From: Candidatus Latescibacterota bacterium
GTDB lineage: Bacteria > Latescibacterota > UBA2968 > UBA8231
Assembly: GCA_963422735.1 (NCBI GenBank)
Contig: OY730476.1
Location: forward strand, 1,056,001-1,120,000
Reading direction: 5' to 3'
DNA: 64,000 bases
Shown here piece after piece: positions 10,114-20,287 of the stretch. Made by a program: the position numbers and the translations under genes. Position 1 is the stretch's first letter. Each line of letters begins with the position of its first letter. The notes under the pieces are model-generated. The model was not told the origin of the DNA. It searched no databases and worked only from the letters and a program-made list of their open reading frames with translations.

Positions 10114-11013
10114 ATGGTACGCAAAGATAGAAAAATCAGCAGCAGCGACGACGGCTGGATCATGAGCAACATGACCGGTCCCGTAACGCCGCAGACCATC
10201 AAAAAGCGCATGATCGACACCTATTCCGGTGCGCCCATTGGCGCGGTGTCGTGGTGCGTCGGCAATAGCGAGACCTACGAATACGAAACGGAAGTGGGCG
10301 AGCACACGGGGGACGGCTACACCCATTTTGCCGACGAGTGCCTCGCCTCGCAGCAGCGGAACCTCCACAGTCTGATCGCCCCGTGTGGTGGCCCCTCGAC
10401 CGAGGTCGTACGCCAGTTCCACGAGGCCAAGATTGACGTACTGCCTTCGGTGTGCATGAACAGCCACTACGACATCGCCTACGACTCCCGTCCCATGGCC
10501 AGATCCGCCGCGACCACCCCGGCTGGCTCATCGGCCGCCCCACCCTCGAACACGACATCGCCAAGGGCCCCGACTACAAATATCCCGGTGCCCGCATACA
10601 TGAAAAAAATCATCTTCGAACTCTGCGAAAAATTCGACGTGGACGGGGTCGAACTCGACTATTTTCGCCACCCGGCATTCTTCCGGATCGAAGAAGCTTA
10701 TACCAATCGCTATCTCATGACCGACTTTATCCGGCGCATTCGCCAGCGCCTAGACGAGGTCGGCGCACAGCGCGGCAATGACGACGACGAACTAGACGTA
10801 CACATCAATGGTGAGCCCGTACCCTGGGACAAACGCCGAGTTTCCCAAGACGGCTGGGGCTATACCGTCTTCGACGGCACAGTCTACCACACGACCATAG
10901 CGACGGAGCGCGTCGAGGGTACTCTGATACAGTTTGATGTGACCGATCTGCCTATCAAGAAGGGGAAGGGCTCATTAAGGGCACCGGACCGCATTTTGAA
11001 CCGGTTACCCTGA
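10114..11013 (+). pseudogene. Eroded glycoside-hydrolase-like (GHL10-type) gene
   Basis: DVDGVELDYFRHP and MNSHY motifs; compensating frameshifts around 10490-10590 (the other frame reads HGQIRRDHPGWLIG); internal deletion near 10780. Confidence 0.6.
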
Positions 11014-11104
11014 CCGAGGTGCGGTTGGAGATCGATTATTTCTGATACCGCAAGGAGCAATTTAAGAAGCTGTTCAAAATTCAGTCTATAGCGAGGAATA
11101 TCCC

Positions 11105-11926
11105 ATGTCACTTCACGAACCCTTTACAGAAGAAGAACTATCGCCGATTCTCGAAGATTTTTACAAAAACGGTGCGGCCATCATCCGCAACGTCTTATCC
11201 CGGGAAGAATGCGAGCACATGTGCAGACGCATCGACCAGATTTTCGCCGAACCCTATTTCGCCGAAATGCGACATGTAAAAATAAAGCCACAGCTCAATG
11301 ATGGAGCACCCATCGTTGTACATCGGCTATTTGAATGCGACCGAATGTTCCGCGATCTACTCGTGCGCGAGCCTATTATATCTATTGCCGAAACAGTCCT
11401 CGGCCCACAGTGCCATTGCATGGCGCAGGGATGCATCTTGAACCGCAAGGATCGGGGCATTAACCGCTTTCACGTAGATGACAGCTTGGAATTTCCAATT
11501 GCGGACGACAATATCAGTAGCCATGACAGGCGTCTTCAGATGCCCGTTTTTCGCATGTCGTTCCAGATCGCCCTGACAGACCAAGACGAAGAACAGTATG
11601 GCCCCAGCCAATTCGTGCCGGGTAGCCACTATGCGGGCAGACACCCCAACGATCCAGAAAATCCAATCTTCGACGGTCAAGGCCCCACGTCCCTGCTCAT
11701 GAAAGCAGGGGACCTCTACCTCCTCAGCAGCCAAACCTGGCATCGCGGTGTCCCAAATACATCGGATCGCGTCCGCTACCTCTTTCACCAAGTCTATAGT
11801 CAGCGTTTCGTCGCCCAGCGATTCTGGCCCTATCTCAACTATCACATGCCCGATTACGTCCTCGAAGGTGCTAACGAACGCCTTCTGCGCGTTCTCGGGA
11901 AACACCCCGAAATGGCCTATGGATAA
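11105..11926 (+). CDS. Phytanoyl-CoA dioxygenase (PhyH) family protein
   Basis: FHVD, QIALTD, FVPGSH, KAGD...WHRG. Confidence 0.9.
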   Translation: MSLHEPFTEEELSPILEDFYKNGAAIIRNVLSREECEHMCRRIDQIFAEPYFAEMRHVKIKPQLNDGAPIVVHRLFECDRMFRDLLVREPIISIAETVLGPQCHCMAQGCILNRKDRGINRFHVDDSLEFPIADDNISSHDRRLQMPVFRMSFQIALTDQDEEQYGPSQFVPGSHYAGRHPNDPENPIFDGQGPTSLLMKAGDLYLLSSQTWHRGVPNTSDRVRYLFHQVYSQRFVAQRFWPYLNYHMPDYVLEGANERLLRVLGKHPEMAYG

Positions 11927-11987
11927 GCTACATCAGTGTGGCTATTCGGGTCTTCGCCTTCGACTTCAACCGTCTGCCCGCCTGCGC

Positions 11988-12099
11988 CCCAGTAGGGCCG
12001 ACGCCGACCCAAGAACGCCGCAACGCAAGCGAGGCCGACCCAAAGACACCTACACCGCTTGACCTGACCTCCTAAAGGCCCTTTATAATTCCTATACAA
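11988..12099 (+). repeat. Dispersed promoter-bearing repeat, copy B
   Basis: Aligns with 9901-10014; TTGACC-19 bp-TATAAT, then an RBS and the ATG at 12115. Confidence 0.8.
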
Positions 12100-12114
12100 A
12101 AGGGAGACAGGCAC

Positions 12115-13116
12115 ATGATTAAACTGGGTATGATCGGATGTGGCGGCATGGGGGGTGCCCACATGCGGCGGTTTCACACACTGAGCGATCGGGTCGCATT
12201 GGCCGCTGCTGTCGATGTTGTTCCAGAACGCGCAGAAGCAGTCGCGCAACAATTTCCGGGAGCCTGTGTGGCGACAGATTATCGCGAGATTCTAGACTCG
12301 GTAGGTGCCGTATTGCTCGCGCTACCCCACCACTTGCACTTTTCCGTCGGATATGCGTGTCTCAATGCTGGCGTTCATGTCTTGCTCGAAAAACCCATGG
12401 CCAATTGTGAAATCGCCTGCAAAGAACTTATTGAAGCATCTGCAACCTCGGGCAAAGTGCTGATGATTGCATATTGCATGCGCTTTCATCCAATTGTCCA
12501 GCGTCTGAAAGCATTATTAGATGAAGGCGCGTACGGCGATGTATTTCAAGTGTCGATCTGGACCGAGCAACTCACTCGGTATCCCCCCGATCACTGGGCT
12601 TCGAGCAAAGAGCGATTGGGCGGGGGGCAGTTGTTTAGCCATGGCTGTCATTATATCGATTTGTTGCTCTGGTTTTTGGGGCGACCCGTGCGGGGCATGC
12701 ACATGGGCACAAATTTTGGTACGCCGTGGATGGAGCGAGAAGGAACGAGCAATGTGACGATAGAATTTGCAGATGGCCGCCTAGGATATCACTTTGGCAC
12801 CTGGGGTGCGCGGGGCACCCGATTGCGGTACTCAATCCACGCGCATTGCACAGAAGGTTTGCTCGATGCCGATATTTCAGGTGGCAAGCTCGTGCATATC
12901 CTACGCGGTCAAGAGCAAGTTTTGTTCGAAGCAGAGCCGGGCAAACACACGGAAAACGAGATGGCCCATTTTCTCGATTGCATTGAAACCGGGCAAACAC
13001 CGCTGACAGATGGCAGAAGCAGCTTGCAGGGATTGCGCGTAATCTGGCGGCTATATGAAGCCGAGCAAGCAGGGCATATTGCAGATTTGACGGGATTGGG
13101 TTTGGATGGGGCCTAA
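12115..13116 (+). CDS. Gfo/Idh/MocA family oxidoreductase
   Basis: GCGGMG, HVLLEKPMA, GGGQLFSHGCHYIDL. Confidence 0.93.
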   Translation: MIKLGMIGCGGMGGAHMRRFHTLSDRVALAAAVDVVPERAEAVAQQFPGACVATDYREILDSVGAVLLALPHHLHFSVGYACLNAGVHVLLEKPMANCEIACKELIEASATSGKVLMIAYCMRFHPIVQRLKALLDEGAYGDVFQVSIWTEQLTRYPPDHWASSKERLGGGQLFSHGCHYIDLLLWFLGRPVRGMHMGTNFGTPWMEREGTSNVTIEFADGRLGYHFGTWGARGTRLRYSIHAHCTEGLLDADISGGKLVHILRGQEQVLFEAEPGKHTENEMAHFLDCIETGQTPLTDGRSSLQGLRVIWRLYEAEQAGHIADLTGLGLDGA

Positions 13117-13157
13117 TAAGTTGCGAAAATTCCGGAGACGAAGGATGAATTGGACAA

Positions 13158-14225
13158 CTACGAACTGTATTGCTCAATCTTTGCTTCGTCTACTTCAACG
13201 CCCAGTCCTGGACCCGACGGTACGCGGATTCGCCCATTTTCGAACTGCAACGGTTCAGCCAGCACATCATCCGTCAGGCCGTGGTAGCAGGTGTCGTTAG
13301 GTCCGGAAAAATTGGGGGTTGATGCCGCAATGTGCGTGATGGCGGCGGTCTTGAGTCCGAGATCGTGCGAACAGTGCATCAGGCACGGCACGGCATACGC
13401 CTCTGCGACGGTAGCGACTTTCTTGACGCGTAGCATTCCGCCCGCCGCTGGGGTATCTGGCATCAGAATATCAGCACCCTCGTTGGCGAGCAGAGTCAGA
13501 ACGGTGTCCGCGGTGCCAACTCCCATGTTCACCAAGATACCCATGCCAATTTCTACTCGGAACCGGATCAGCGCGTCGAGGTACTCGGATGAGCACGGGT
13601 CTTCAAAATAGCGAATCCCGATGCCTTTCATTTTTCGCAGTGTGGCTTCTGCATCTTTGGGGGAATATCCGTTGTTTGCATCTGGGCGGAGGATTGCTTC
13701 ATCGCCAACAGCGGCTTGTATCGCCTCGGCAATCTGGAGGTCCTGTCCTGGGTAGTCACCCGCTTTTGTTTTTAAGAAGCGAAATCCCCATCGGTCAATG
13801 TACTCGCGGGCGGTTGCAGCGGACTCTGATGGTGCCTTGAGCCCCATGCAGGCGCAGAAGTCCACTTCCTCTCGCACCACTCCGCCGAGCAGTTTACAGA
13901 CTGGCAAATCCGCCCCCTTGCCGATGGCATCCCAAAGTGCCATCTCGATGCCAGCCATCAGACCTCTACCGATACCCCCTGTTTCCATCGCTGAAATGGC
14001 CCCTTCGATGTTTGCCACATCTTTGCCAGTCAGCATTGTGTTTGGGTCCGTTTCAAACCTTCCCGTCCCTTCGCCCCAACCCACTACATCAGTGTCCGTT
14101 TCAACTTTCACCATAAGTCCCGCTGCGCCCAAAGAGCCAGTACCACCACCACGCCCGATGTAAGGTCCAACGGGCGGAGCGTATGGGATGGTGACGTTGG
14201 TTCCTGTAATGCGCTTGATTTTCAT
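13158..14225 (-). CDS. Mandelate racemase/muconate lactonizing enzyme family protein
   Basis: EMALWDAIGK, FLKTKAG, RPDANNG, FEDP, GPGLGVEVD. Confidence 0.9.
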   Translation of the reverse strand: MKIKRITGTNVTIPYAPPVGPYIGRGGGTGSLGAAGLMVKVETDTDVVGWGEGTGRFETDPNTMLTGKDVANIEGAISAMETGGIGRGLMAGIEMALWDAIGKGADLPVCKLLGGVVREEVDFCACMGLKAPSESAATAREYIDRWGFRFLKTKAGDYPGQDLQIAEAIQAAVGDEAILRPDANNGYSPKDAEATLRKMKGIGIRYFEDPCSSEYLDALIRFRVEIGMGILVNMGVGTADTVLTLLANEGADILMPDTPAAGGMLRVKKVATVAEAYAVPCLMHCSHDLGLKTAAITHIAASTPNFSGPNDTCYHGLTDDVLAEPLQFENGRIRVPSGPGLGVEVDEAKIEQYSS

Positions 14226-14429
14226 TTTGGCACCGTATGAATAAAATTTGTGGTTTCCACTTGGCTTAGCCTAACACCCTTAGTGCCTTGTTGTCAATGT
14301 AAAGATGACTTGATGGTCTTAACGGTCCGCGCCTTTGGCAGGTTCCTCTTGACGAGTATGCGGGGGCGTTTCACGACCGAGCCGGACGCAGCTCGAAACC
14401 AACCTTTCACGGAGGTCGATCTGCCGGTG

Positions 14430-15115
14430 ATGGCGATCTCGGAAAAAGACAAGGAGACGTACGCCGCGCAGGGGTTTCTCACTCTGCGGCAGGCCTCTGC
14501 GAAAACCCGCATCGAGGCGCTGCTCGAGGCGGTCGAACGCCTGATCGACAAGGGGCTCGCGGAAGAGTGCGAGCACCGTCTGCCGGAACGCACCGGCCAC
14601 CTGCGGTACCACCGCGTCTTTGCTGACTGGATTGACGAGGATCTCGCACCCCATCTCGAGTGCCACAGCCTTAGACCGGGAGACGAGGACGAAACCGAGC
14701 ACCTGCGCCGACACGAGGGCCGCTTCGTGCAGTTCAACGCCCCGCTCGTTCCTCGGGACTGCTTCCTCCATATCGTCTCCCCGAGAGTCACCGGCGGGCA
14801 TCGACGGCGACGGAGATCGAAGCGTCCCCCAGCGAATCGGGAGAGATGCCGAACGCCCTCGTCGTCGAACTGGAACCGGGAGACAACGCCAACCTCTGGC
14901 ACCGGGGCTGGAACCCGGAGGGACACAAGCGTTGGACCATGCACTGCGCCTTCTCGAACGCTGGGGCGACGGTGATGGCGCACGAGCATGGACAGCGCGA
15001 GCAGCTAACCCAGCAGGGACATCTTGAGCAGATGCCTCCCGTTACGCGGCAGTACGTCCAGAGATACCTCGACAACTATCCCGAAGCGGACCCACTCTCC
15101 GTGTTCGACCTATAA
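14430..15115 (+). pseudogene. Eroded PhyH-family gene
   Basis: YAAQGFLTLR N-terminus, FVQFNAPL, then a second frame ELEPGD.NLWHRGWNP; deletions and a frameshift near 14780-14850. Confidence 0.65.
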
Positions 15116-15241
15116 CCATGCGCAGTTCGAAAGTCTTCGCGAGTGCCGAGTTCGAGATCCTCTACCGCGCCGCCCGCCACTTGCCTTGCTGGGGAATATC
15201 GGAATGAGAAATTTCTATTTCCACTCCCCACTGAGGACTCC

Positions 15242-15775
15242 TTACCGGACTGGTTCGTAGACGAGGCGGACGACTCCGTTGTCATAGGTCTCCGACGAGA
15301 CGAGCTTGAGGCGCGTCTGCCTCGTCGAGGCCTGAAAGAGGGGGATGCCGTCGCCCAGCAGGACAGGCATGACGAAGACGTCGTAGACGTCAACTGCGCC
15401 GAGTTCAGCAAAAGACTCAATACTCTTTGGACCCCCTATCAGCCAGACGTCCTTACTCTGCGGCCGCTCTCGCAGATGGGTGACCAGCTTAGCTGTCGTA
15501 CCTTCCCAGATCTCGGTGTCCGGAGGAAGGTTATTCAACGGCCGGGCGCTCTGAACGATGACCCTGTTTCCTTTGTAGGGCCATTCTCCGAACGCCAGTG
15601 ACTGTTCGTAAGTAACTCTGCCGATGACAATGGCGTCGATCGAGGCGATGAACTTCTCGTAGCCGTAGTCGCAGCCGTTGAAGGGTTCAAGCCACTGAAT
15701 ATCGCCGTTGGGGGCGGCGACGTACCCGTCGAGGCTCGTGGCTATGTAGGCGTGGAAGATCATGGCTCGTCCCAT
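15242..15775 (-). CDS. Dihydrofolate reductase-like (RibD C-terminal domain) protein
   Basis: YIATSLDGYVA, IGRVTYE, VWLIGG, PVLLGDGIPLF. Confidence 0.9.
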   Translation of the reverse strand: MGRAMIFHAYIATSLDGYVAAPNGDIQWLEPFNGCDYGYEKFIASIDAIVIGRVTYEQSLAFGEWPYKGNRVIVQSARPLNNLPPDTEIWEGTTAKLVTHLRERPQSKDVWLIGGPKSIESFAELGAVDVYDVFVMPVLLGDGIPLFQASTRQTRLKLVSSETYDNGVVRLVYEPVR

Positions 15776-16117
15776 GATGATTAGGGGTTGAGCGAATGGC
15801 CCAACAAGCTAGGGGAAGTCTCCGCACACGTCAATCGGGTAGCTGGCCGAACAGATTCGCACCCCCGTCCAACCGTTCACCGGTACCGGTCCAATGCAAT
15901 TATTGAGGACCGTGCATGGGCAAAATTTGCGATATTGTGGTGGCACAAGAGTCTTCGGCATCTTAGTATTGTTTGCACGGTGAAACGGAGATGGACATCG
16001 AGGGACAAACGCTAAAAATCGCAACAGGTGATACGGGCTGCGTGGTGTCTCTGCTAAGTCCAGCAAATTTGCAAATTAGTCAGACAGATCAGTTTGATTA
16101 GAGGTGTTCGGAGGTAG

Positions 16118-17080
16118 ATGCCGATGAGCGCAAAATACGAGTGGTGCCGCCTCACTGAGAACGCTGCATTCGCAGCTCGCGATGGCGCTGGCGCACTGGT
16201 GTTCAGGGATAGAATGTGGCTACTGGGCGGCTGGAATCCCGGGGATAAAGTCCATTTCCCGCTGATCTGCAACAGTGAGGTCTGGTCGTCGGCCGATGGC
16301 ACCTCCTGGACGCTTGAGAATCGCCATGCGCCCTGGGAGGGGAGGCATACGGCCGGATATGTGGTACATGACGGCCAGATGTGGATCGTGGGCGGTGATT
16401 GCAATCAAGGCCATTATCAGAACGATGTCTGGAGCAGTGCGGACGGTATTCATTGGGATCTGGCGCATGATCGCGTACCGTGGGCACCCCGAGCGCTCCA
16501 TTATACCCTAACCTTCGACGGCCGGATCTGGGTGATGGGCGGGCAGACGCTGCCCGATTTTGGCGGCGGTGATGAGGTCTTCTACAACGATGTGTGGAGT
16601 TCGGAAGATGGGACTAGCTGGACCCGAGTTATCGAGCGCACGCCGTGGGCGCCCAGAGGGATGATCGGGGGATCTGTTGTACATGACAACAAGATGTGGA
16701 TTCTGGGTGGGGGCACATACGATACGCCGGCAACTCCTATCCGCAAATTCTACAATGATGTGTGGAGTTCGGAAGATGGGGTAAACTGGAAACAGCACCT
16801 AACGCACGCTCCGTGGGCACCCAGGCAATACCACGAGGTGGCCGCATTCGATGACCGTATGTGGGTGTTAGAAGGCTATGCGGTGGCGAGTGGAAATCGC
16901 CGCGACGTGTGGTATTCGGCTGATGGCGTGGACTGGACCGAATTGCCCGATACCCCCTGGGCACCCCGACATGCAGCGAGCGCGTTCGTGTACGACGGGT
17001 CGCTGTGGATGGTGGCGGGGAATAATATGGAGCCAGACGTCTGGAGGCTTTCGCGCATGAGGCCATCTCAGCAAAAATAA
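16118..17080 (+). CDS. Kelch-like beta-propeller repeat protein
   Basis: About six repeats of MW.(L/V)GG...(N)DVWSS.DG..W......PW.PR. Confidence 0.8.
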   Translation: MPMSAKYEWCRLTENAAFAARDGAGALVFRDRMWLLGGWNPGDKVHFPLICNSEVWSSADGTSWTLENRHAPWEGRHTAGYVVHDGQMWIVGGDCNQGHYQNDVWSSADGIHWDLAHDRVPWAPRALHYTLTFDGRIWVMGGQTLPDFGGGDEVFYNDVWSSEDGTSWTRVIERTPWAPRGMIGGSVVHDNKMWILGGGTYDTPATPIRKFYNDVWSSEDGVNWKQHLTHAPWAPRQYHEVAAFDDRMWVLEGYAVASGNRRDVWYSADGVDWTELPDTPWAPRHAASAFVYDGSLWMVAGNNMEPDVWRLSRMRPSQQK

Positions 17081-17115
17081 TTCGAAGGGATGAGCAGTAC
17101 TTATCTAATGAAGTT

Positions 17116-17583
17116 TTGCCGGCACGGATTGATCAGTTGAGGGAAAAGTTCGGGGGCGGTTGGGAAGATCTCCGTGAAAGGGTGATCGCCTCGTGGGCAG
17201 ACATGGCTGTGGAACTTATCGGGAGGGGTACGGGATTGACCCTAGTCCACGGCGATGCACAACTGGGAAATGTGCTGCCGCGCAACCCACAATTAGATCG
17301 GCCTGTGATCATAGACTGGGAAGGATGTATACGAGGCATTGGAGTATGGGATTTAGCCCGAACTATGATACAGACCGAGTTACCCTCGAATAAGAGGCTA
17401 GAAATTGAGGAAGTGCTCCTGTCCCGTTATCAGGCTTTGTTGGTAGAACGCGGAATAAAGGATTACAGTCGTGAAGCTTGTTCTGCCGATTACCGCTTGA
17501 GTGTGTTGGCCAATATTCCGCATGCTTTAGTATGGGAGAGCGATTCCTATCTTGAGTCCGCGATGCGAGCCTACCGAGACTAG
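17116..17583 (+). pseudogene. N-terminally truncated aminoglycoside phosphotransferase/choline kinase-like gene
   Basis: LVHGDAQLGNVL and IIDWE catalytic motifs; the N-lobe is missing. Confidence 0.7.
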
Positions 17584-17729
17584 GAATGTGATGAACTACT
17601 GCGTTGAGAATTAAACTATATGGAGATGAGGAGACCAACTGCAGCGTCTCTGATTCCCTGACACTTTTACTTCTGATGGATGTACTGGTTTTAACAACCG
17701 TTCTTATACCTGTGGGTGACAACCGTCTT

Positions 17730-17990
17730 TTGTAAGCCGGCAACCGATGGAGTTGATGTGCGATACAACGTTTGAGCCATCGAAGGTCCAATTGAAACAG
17801 ACTCAGTTCGCGCACTTGCAGATCCAAGTCCCTTTGCAACAGCCCATAGCCATACTGGGGCACCCACACAAAGTATTCGATCTTATATTTCGTATGACGG
17901 CCTTCACCATAAGCCATCTTGGAAGCATAACCCAGCCATTCGCGGAAAGCGATCCCCTCTCAAAGACGGGGGTTTTAGCCCAAACTTTAG
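17730..17990 (-). mobile_element. IS200/IS605-family TnpA remnant with end hairpin
   Basis: From 17917, MAYGEGRHTKYKIEYFVWVPQY..LLQ.D....VREL resembles the Y1 transposase N-terminus (YHFVWVTKYR) with deletions; hairpin cccc-tctcaaagac-gggg upstream. Confidence 0.7.
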
Positions 17991-18275
17991 ACGAATAAAA
18001 CCGTCGGAGGATTTTTCTGGGCTGTCGTAGTTCTATCCATTTCCCAAGGCATTTTCAAATCTCCTTCAGTCTTCTGAGAATCAGCCGTCTATCCTTATCG
18101 GGAATGGTTTTGCTCTCTTTTTGGAGCGCATGCAGCCGCGGCAAGTCTTTTGCGTCGGTGGCCTCCTTCCGTGCGAAAGGACAAGGTATATATTGGCAAA
18201 ATATGAAGAGTTTGCTAAATTCTTACTATAAAGTTGGAACTTATAAAAAGTAGGAATCAACGAAGGGAGCGCACG

Positions 18276-18518
18276 ATGGCCGTCGCCAAACTAACCTCCA
18301 AAGGACAACTGGTCATTCCCCAAGCCATACGCCAGCATATGCACCTGCAGCAGGGCGATAGCGTGGATTTTATCATCCAAGACGATGGCGAAGTGGTCGT
18401 CAGACCGGCCACCCGAGATGTGCGGGAACTAAAGAATATCCTGCCGAAACCCAAGGAGGCCGTATCGCTAGAGGAAATGGATCGTGCGGTGCGCGAGGGC
18501 GCGGGAAAAGCACTGTGA
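18276..18518 (+). CDS. AbrB/MazE-family antitoxin
   Basis: AKLTSKGQLVIPQAIRQHMHLQQGD; overlaps the toxin start (GTGA). Confidence 0.9.
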   Translation: MAVAKLTSKGQLVIPQAIRQHMHLQQGDSVDFIIQDDGEVVVRPATRDVRELKNILPKPKEAVSLEEMDRAVREGAGKAL

Positions 18519-18910
18519 GGGGGCTAGATACCAATGTGCTGGTGCGCTATCTGGTGCAGGACGATGCGACACAGGCGCGGCGCGTGGCAAAAGAGATCGA
18601 AGCGGGATCGAATGCGGGCGAGATCTATTTTATTGCCGATGTCGTCTTCTGCGAACTGGTGTGGGTGCTCGATCGGGCCTATAGATACAGCCGGGCGCAG
18701 ATTGGCGACGCGCTGGAGGGCATTTTACAAACGCGCTCATTTCATTTTGTGGACAAAGACCTGCTCTGGCAAGGGCTGGGCGATTACAAAAAAGGTAGGG
18801 GCGACTTTGCCGATTATGTGATTGGGCGCGTGGGCGAAAAGTCCGGGTGCGAAAAAACGCTCAGTTTTGATCGCGCTTTAAAAGGCGACGTACGATTTGA
18901 AATGCTTTAG
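18515..18910 (+). CDS. vapC: VapC-family PIN-domain toxin
   Basis: LDTNVLVRYL, ELVWVL, DFADYVI, SFD. Confidence 0.92.
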   Translation: MRGLDTNVLVRYLVQDDATQARRVAKEIEAGSNAGEIYFIADVVFCELVWVLDRAYRYSRAQIGDALEGILQTRSFHFVDKDLLWQGLGDYKKGRGDFADYVIGRVGEKSGCEKTLSFDRALKGDVRFEML

Positions 18911-19125
18911 GAAAATGAGCAGGATCGCTCTGCCATTGGATTTTGGGCCCATCCGCCGCTGGATGAGCGTACTGAGGAACCCCACTGCGAATTGGCCAAG
19001 GCGAATTTTACTATGGTAATCGCCGGGTTTAGCAATTGCCCACTACCGACCCAACCCTCACCGGCCATCTTGACATCGGCGACGTGCGCTAGCTACTTTC
19101 CCTCCTGCACGCAGAGGTATTGTCC

Positions 19126-20277
19126 ATGCCCTTCCAAACCCACTTCGACTTCCGCCATCCCACCCACATCGTCCACGGCCCCGGGTCTATCACCTGTTTG
19201 GCAGATTGCTTCTCACCGTCCCACAAGGTTCTGATCGTCTCCGATCAGGTCTTAGGGGAAATCGGCACAGTAGAAGCGGTCGTTTCCGCCCTCGGCGACA
19301 TCCCCCATGCCGTCTATCTCAAAGACGGTTCGAGTGAGCCGACCGCAGAATCCGTCGAGGAAGGGGTCCAGGCTTACCAACAAGAACGCTGCACGGCCAT
19401 CATCGGCCTCGGCGGTGGCTCGCCTATGGACGTGGCCAAGATGATTGGCGTACTCGCGTCCAACGACGGACGCATCACCCAGTATTTAGGCAGCGGAAAA
19501 GTCGCAAACGACTTGCCCTATCTCGCCTGTGTCCCCACGACCTACGGCACCGCCAGCGAAGTCACGCCTTTTGCCGTGCTGGACAATCCCGCCAGCGGCA
19601 ACAAAGACCCGGTTATTAGCTGGAAGATCGCGCCCCAAGTCGGCGTTCTCGATCCCAACCTTTCGGTCGCCCTGCCCGCCCCCGTCGGCGCGGCTACTGG
19701 CATGGACGCCCTGACCCACGCGCTCGAATCCTATATCAACTTAGCGGCCACGCCTCTCACCGAAGGCATCGCGCTGCACGCCATCCGCCTCATCGGCCAC
19801 AACCTGCGCCTCGCCTGTGCCAACGACCACGCACTGGCCGCCACCGAAAACATGCTCATCGCCAGTATGATGGCCGGCGTCGCTTTTTCGCAAACGCGCC
19901 TCGGCAATGTCCATGCCATGTCCCATCCAGCAGGCGCCCACTACCACGTGCATCACGGGCTGCTCAACGCCATCTTGTTGCCCTACGTCATGGAGTTCAA
20001 TTGGCTGGCCTGCCCCGGCAAATTCGCCGCCATCGCCGAGGCGCTCGGCACGCACATTTCCGGGTTAGACCAACGCCAAGCCGCGCAAGCCGCCATCGCC
20101 GCAGTGCGCCATATCAACGCCGACTTAGGCATCCCTGCCAAGCTAGGGGATGTCGGCGTTGATGTGGCCCGCATCTCCACCATGGCGCGTACTGCCATGC
20201 AGAGCGGCAACATTGCCGTCAACCCGCGCAAGACCAGCCAGCGCGATCTCGAAGTTTTATTCCAACAAGCCATTTAG
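19126..20277 (+). CDS. Iron-containing alcohol dehydrogenase
   Basis: GLGGGSPMDVAK, PTTYGTASEVT, GMDALTHALE, HAMSH, HHGLLNA. Confidence 0.93.
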   Translation: MPFQTHFDFRHPTHIVHGPGSITCLADCFSPSHKVLIVSDQVLGEIGTVEAVVSALGDIPHAVYLKDGSSEPTAESVEEGVQAYQQERCTAIIGLGGGSPMDVAKMIGVLASNDGRITQYLGSGKVANDLPYLACVPTTYGTASEVTPFAVLDNPASGNKDPVISWKIAPQVGVLDPNLSVALPAPVGAATGMDALTHALESYINLAATPLTEGIALHAIRLIGHNLRLACANDHALAATENMLIASMMAGVAFSQTRLGNVHAMSHPAGAHYHVHHGLLNAILLPYVMEFNWLACPGKFAAIAEALGTHISGLDQRQAAQAAIAAVRHINADLGIPAKLGDVGVDVARISTMARTAMQSGNIAVNPRKTSQRDLEVLFQQAI

Positions 20278-20287
20278 GAGGTCTCCC

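Noticed and set aside
15795-15900. Group IIC intron 3' end and integron attC core upstream of the DHFR-like gene
   Set aside because: The minus strand has ...gctacccgat and GTTGGGC, but I could not fold a convincing domain V or find a matching RYYYAAC/attC after the gene; no intI is present.
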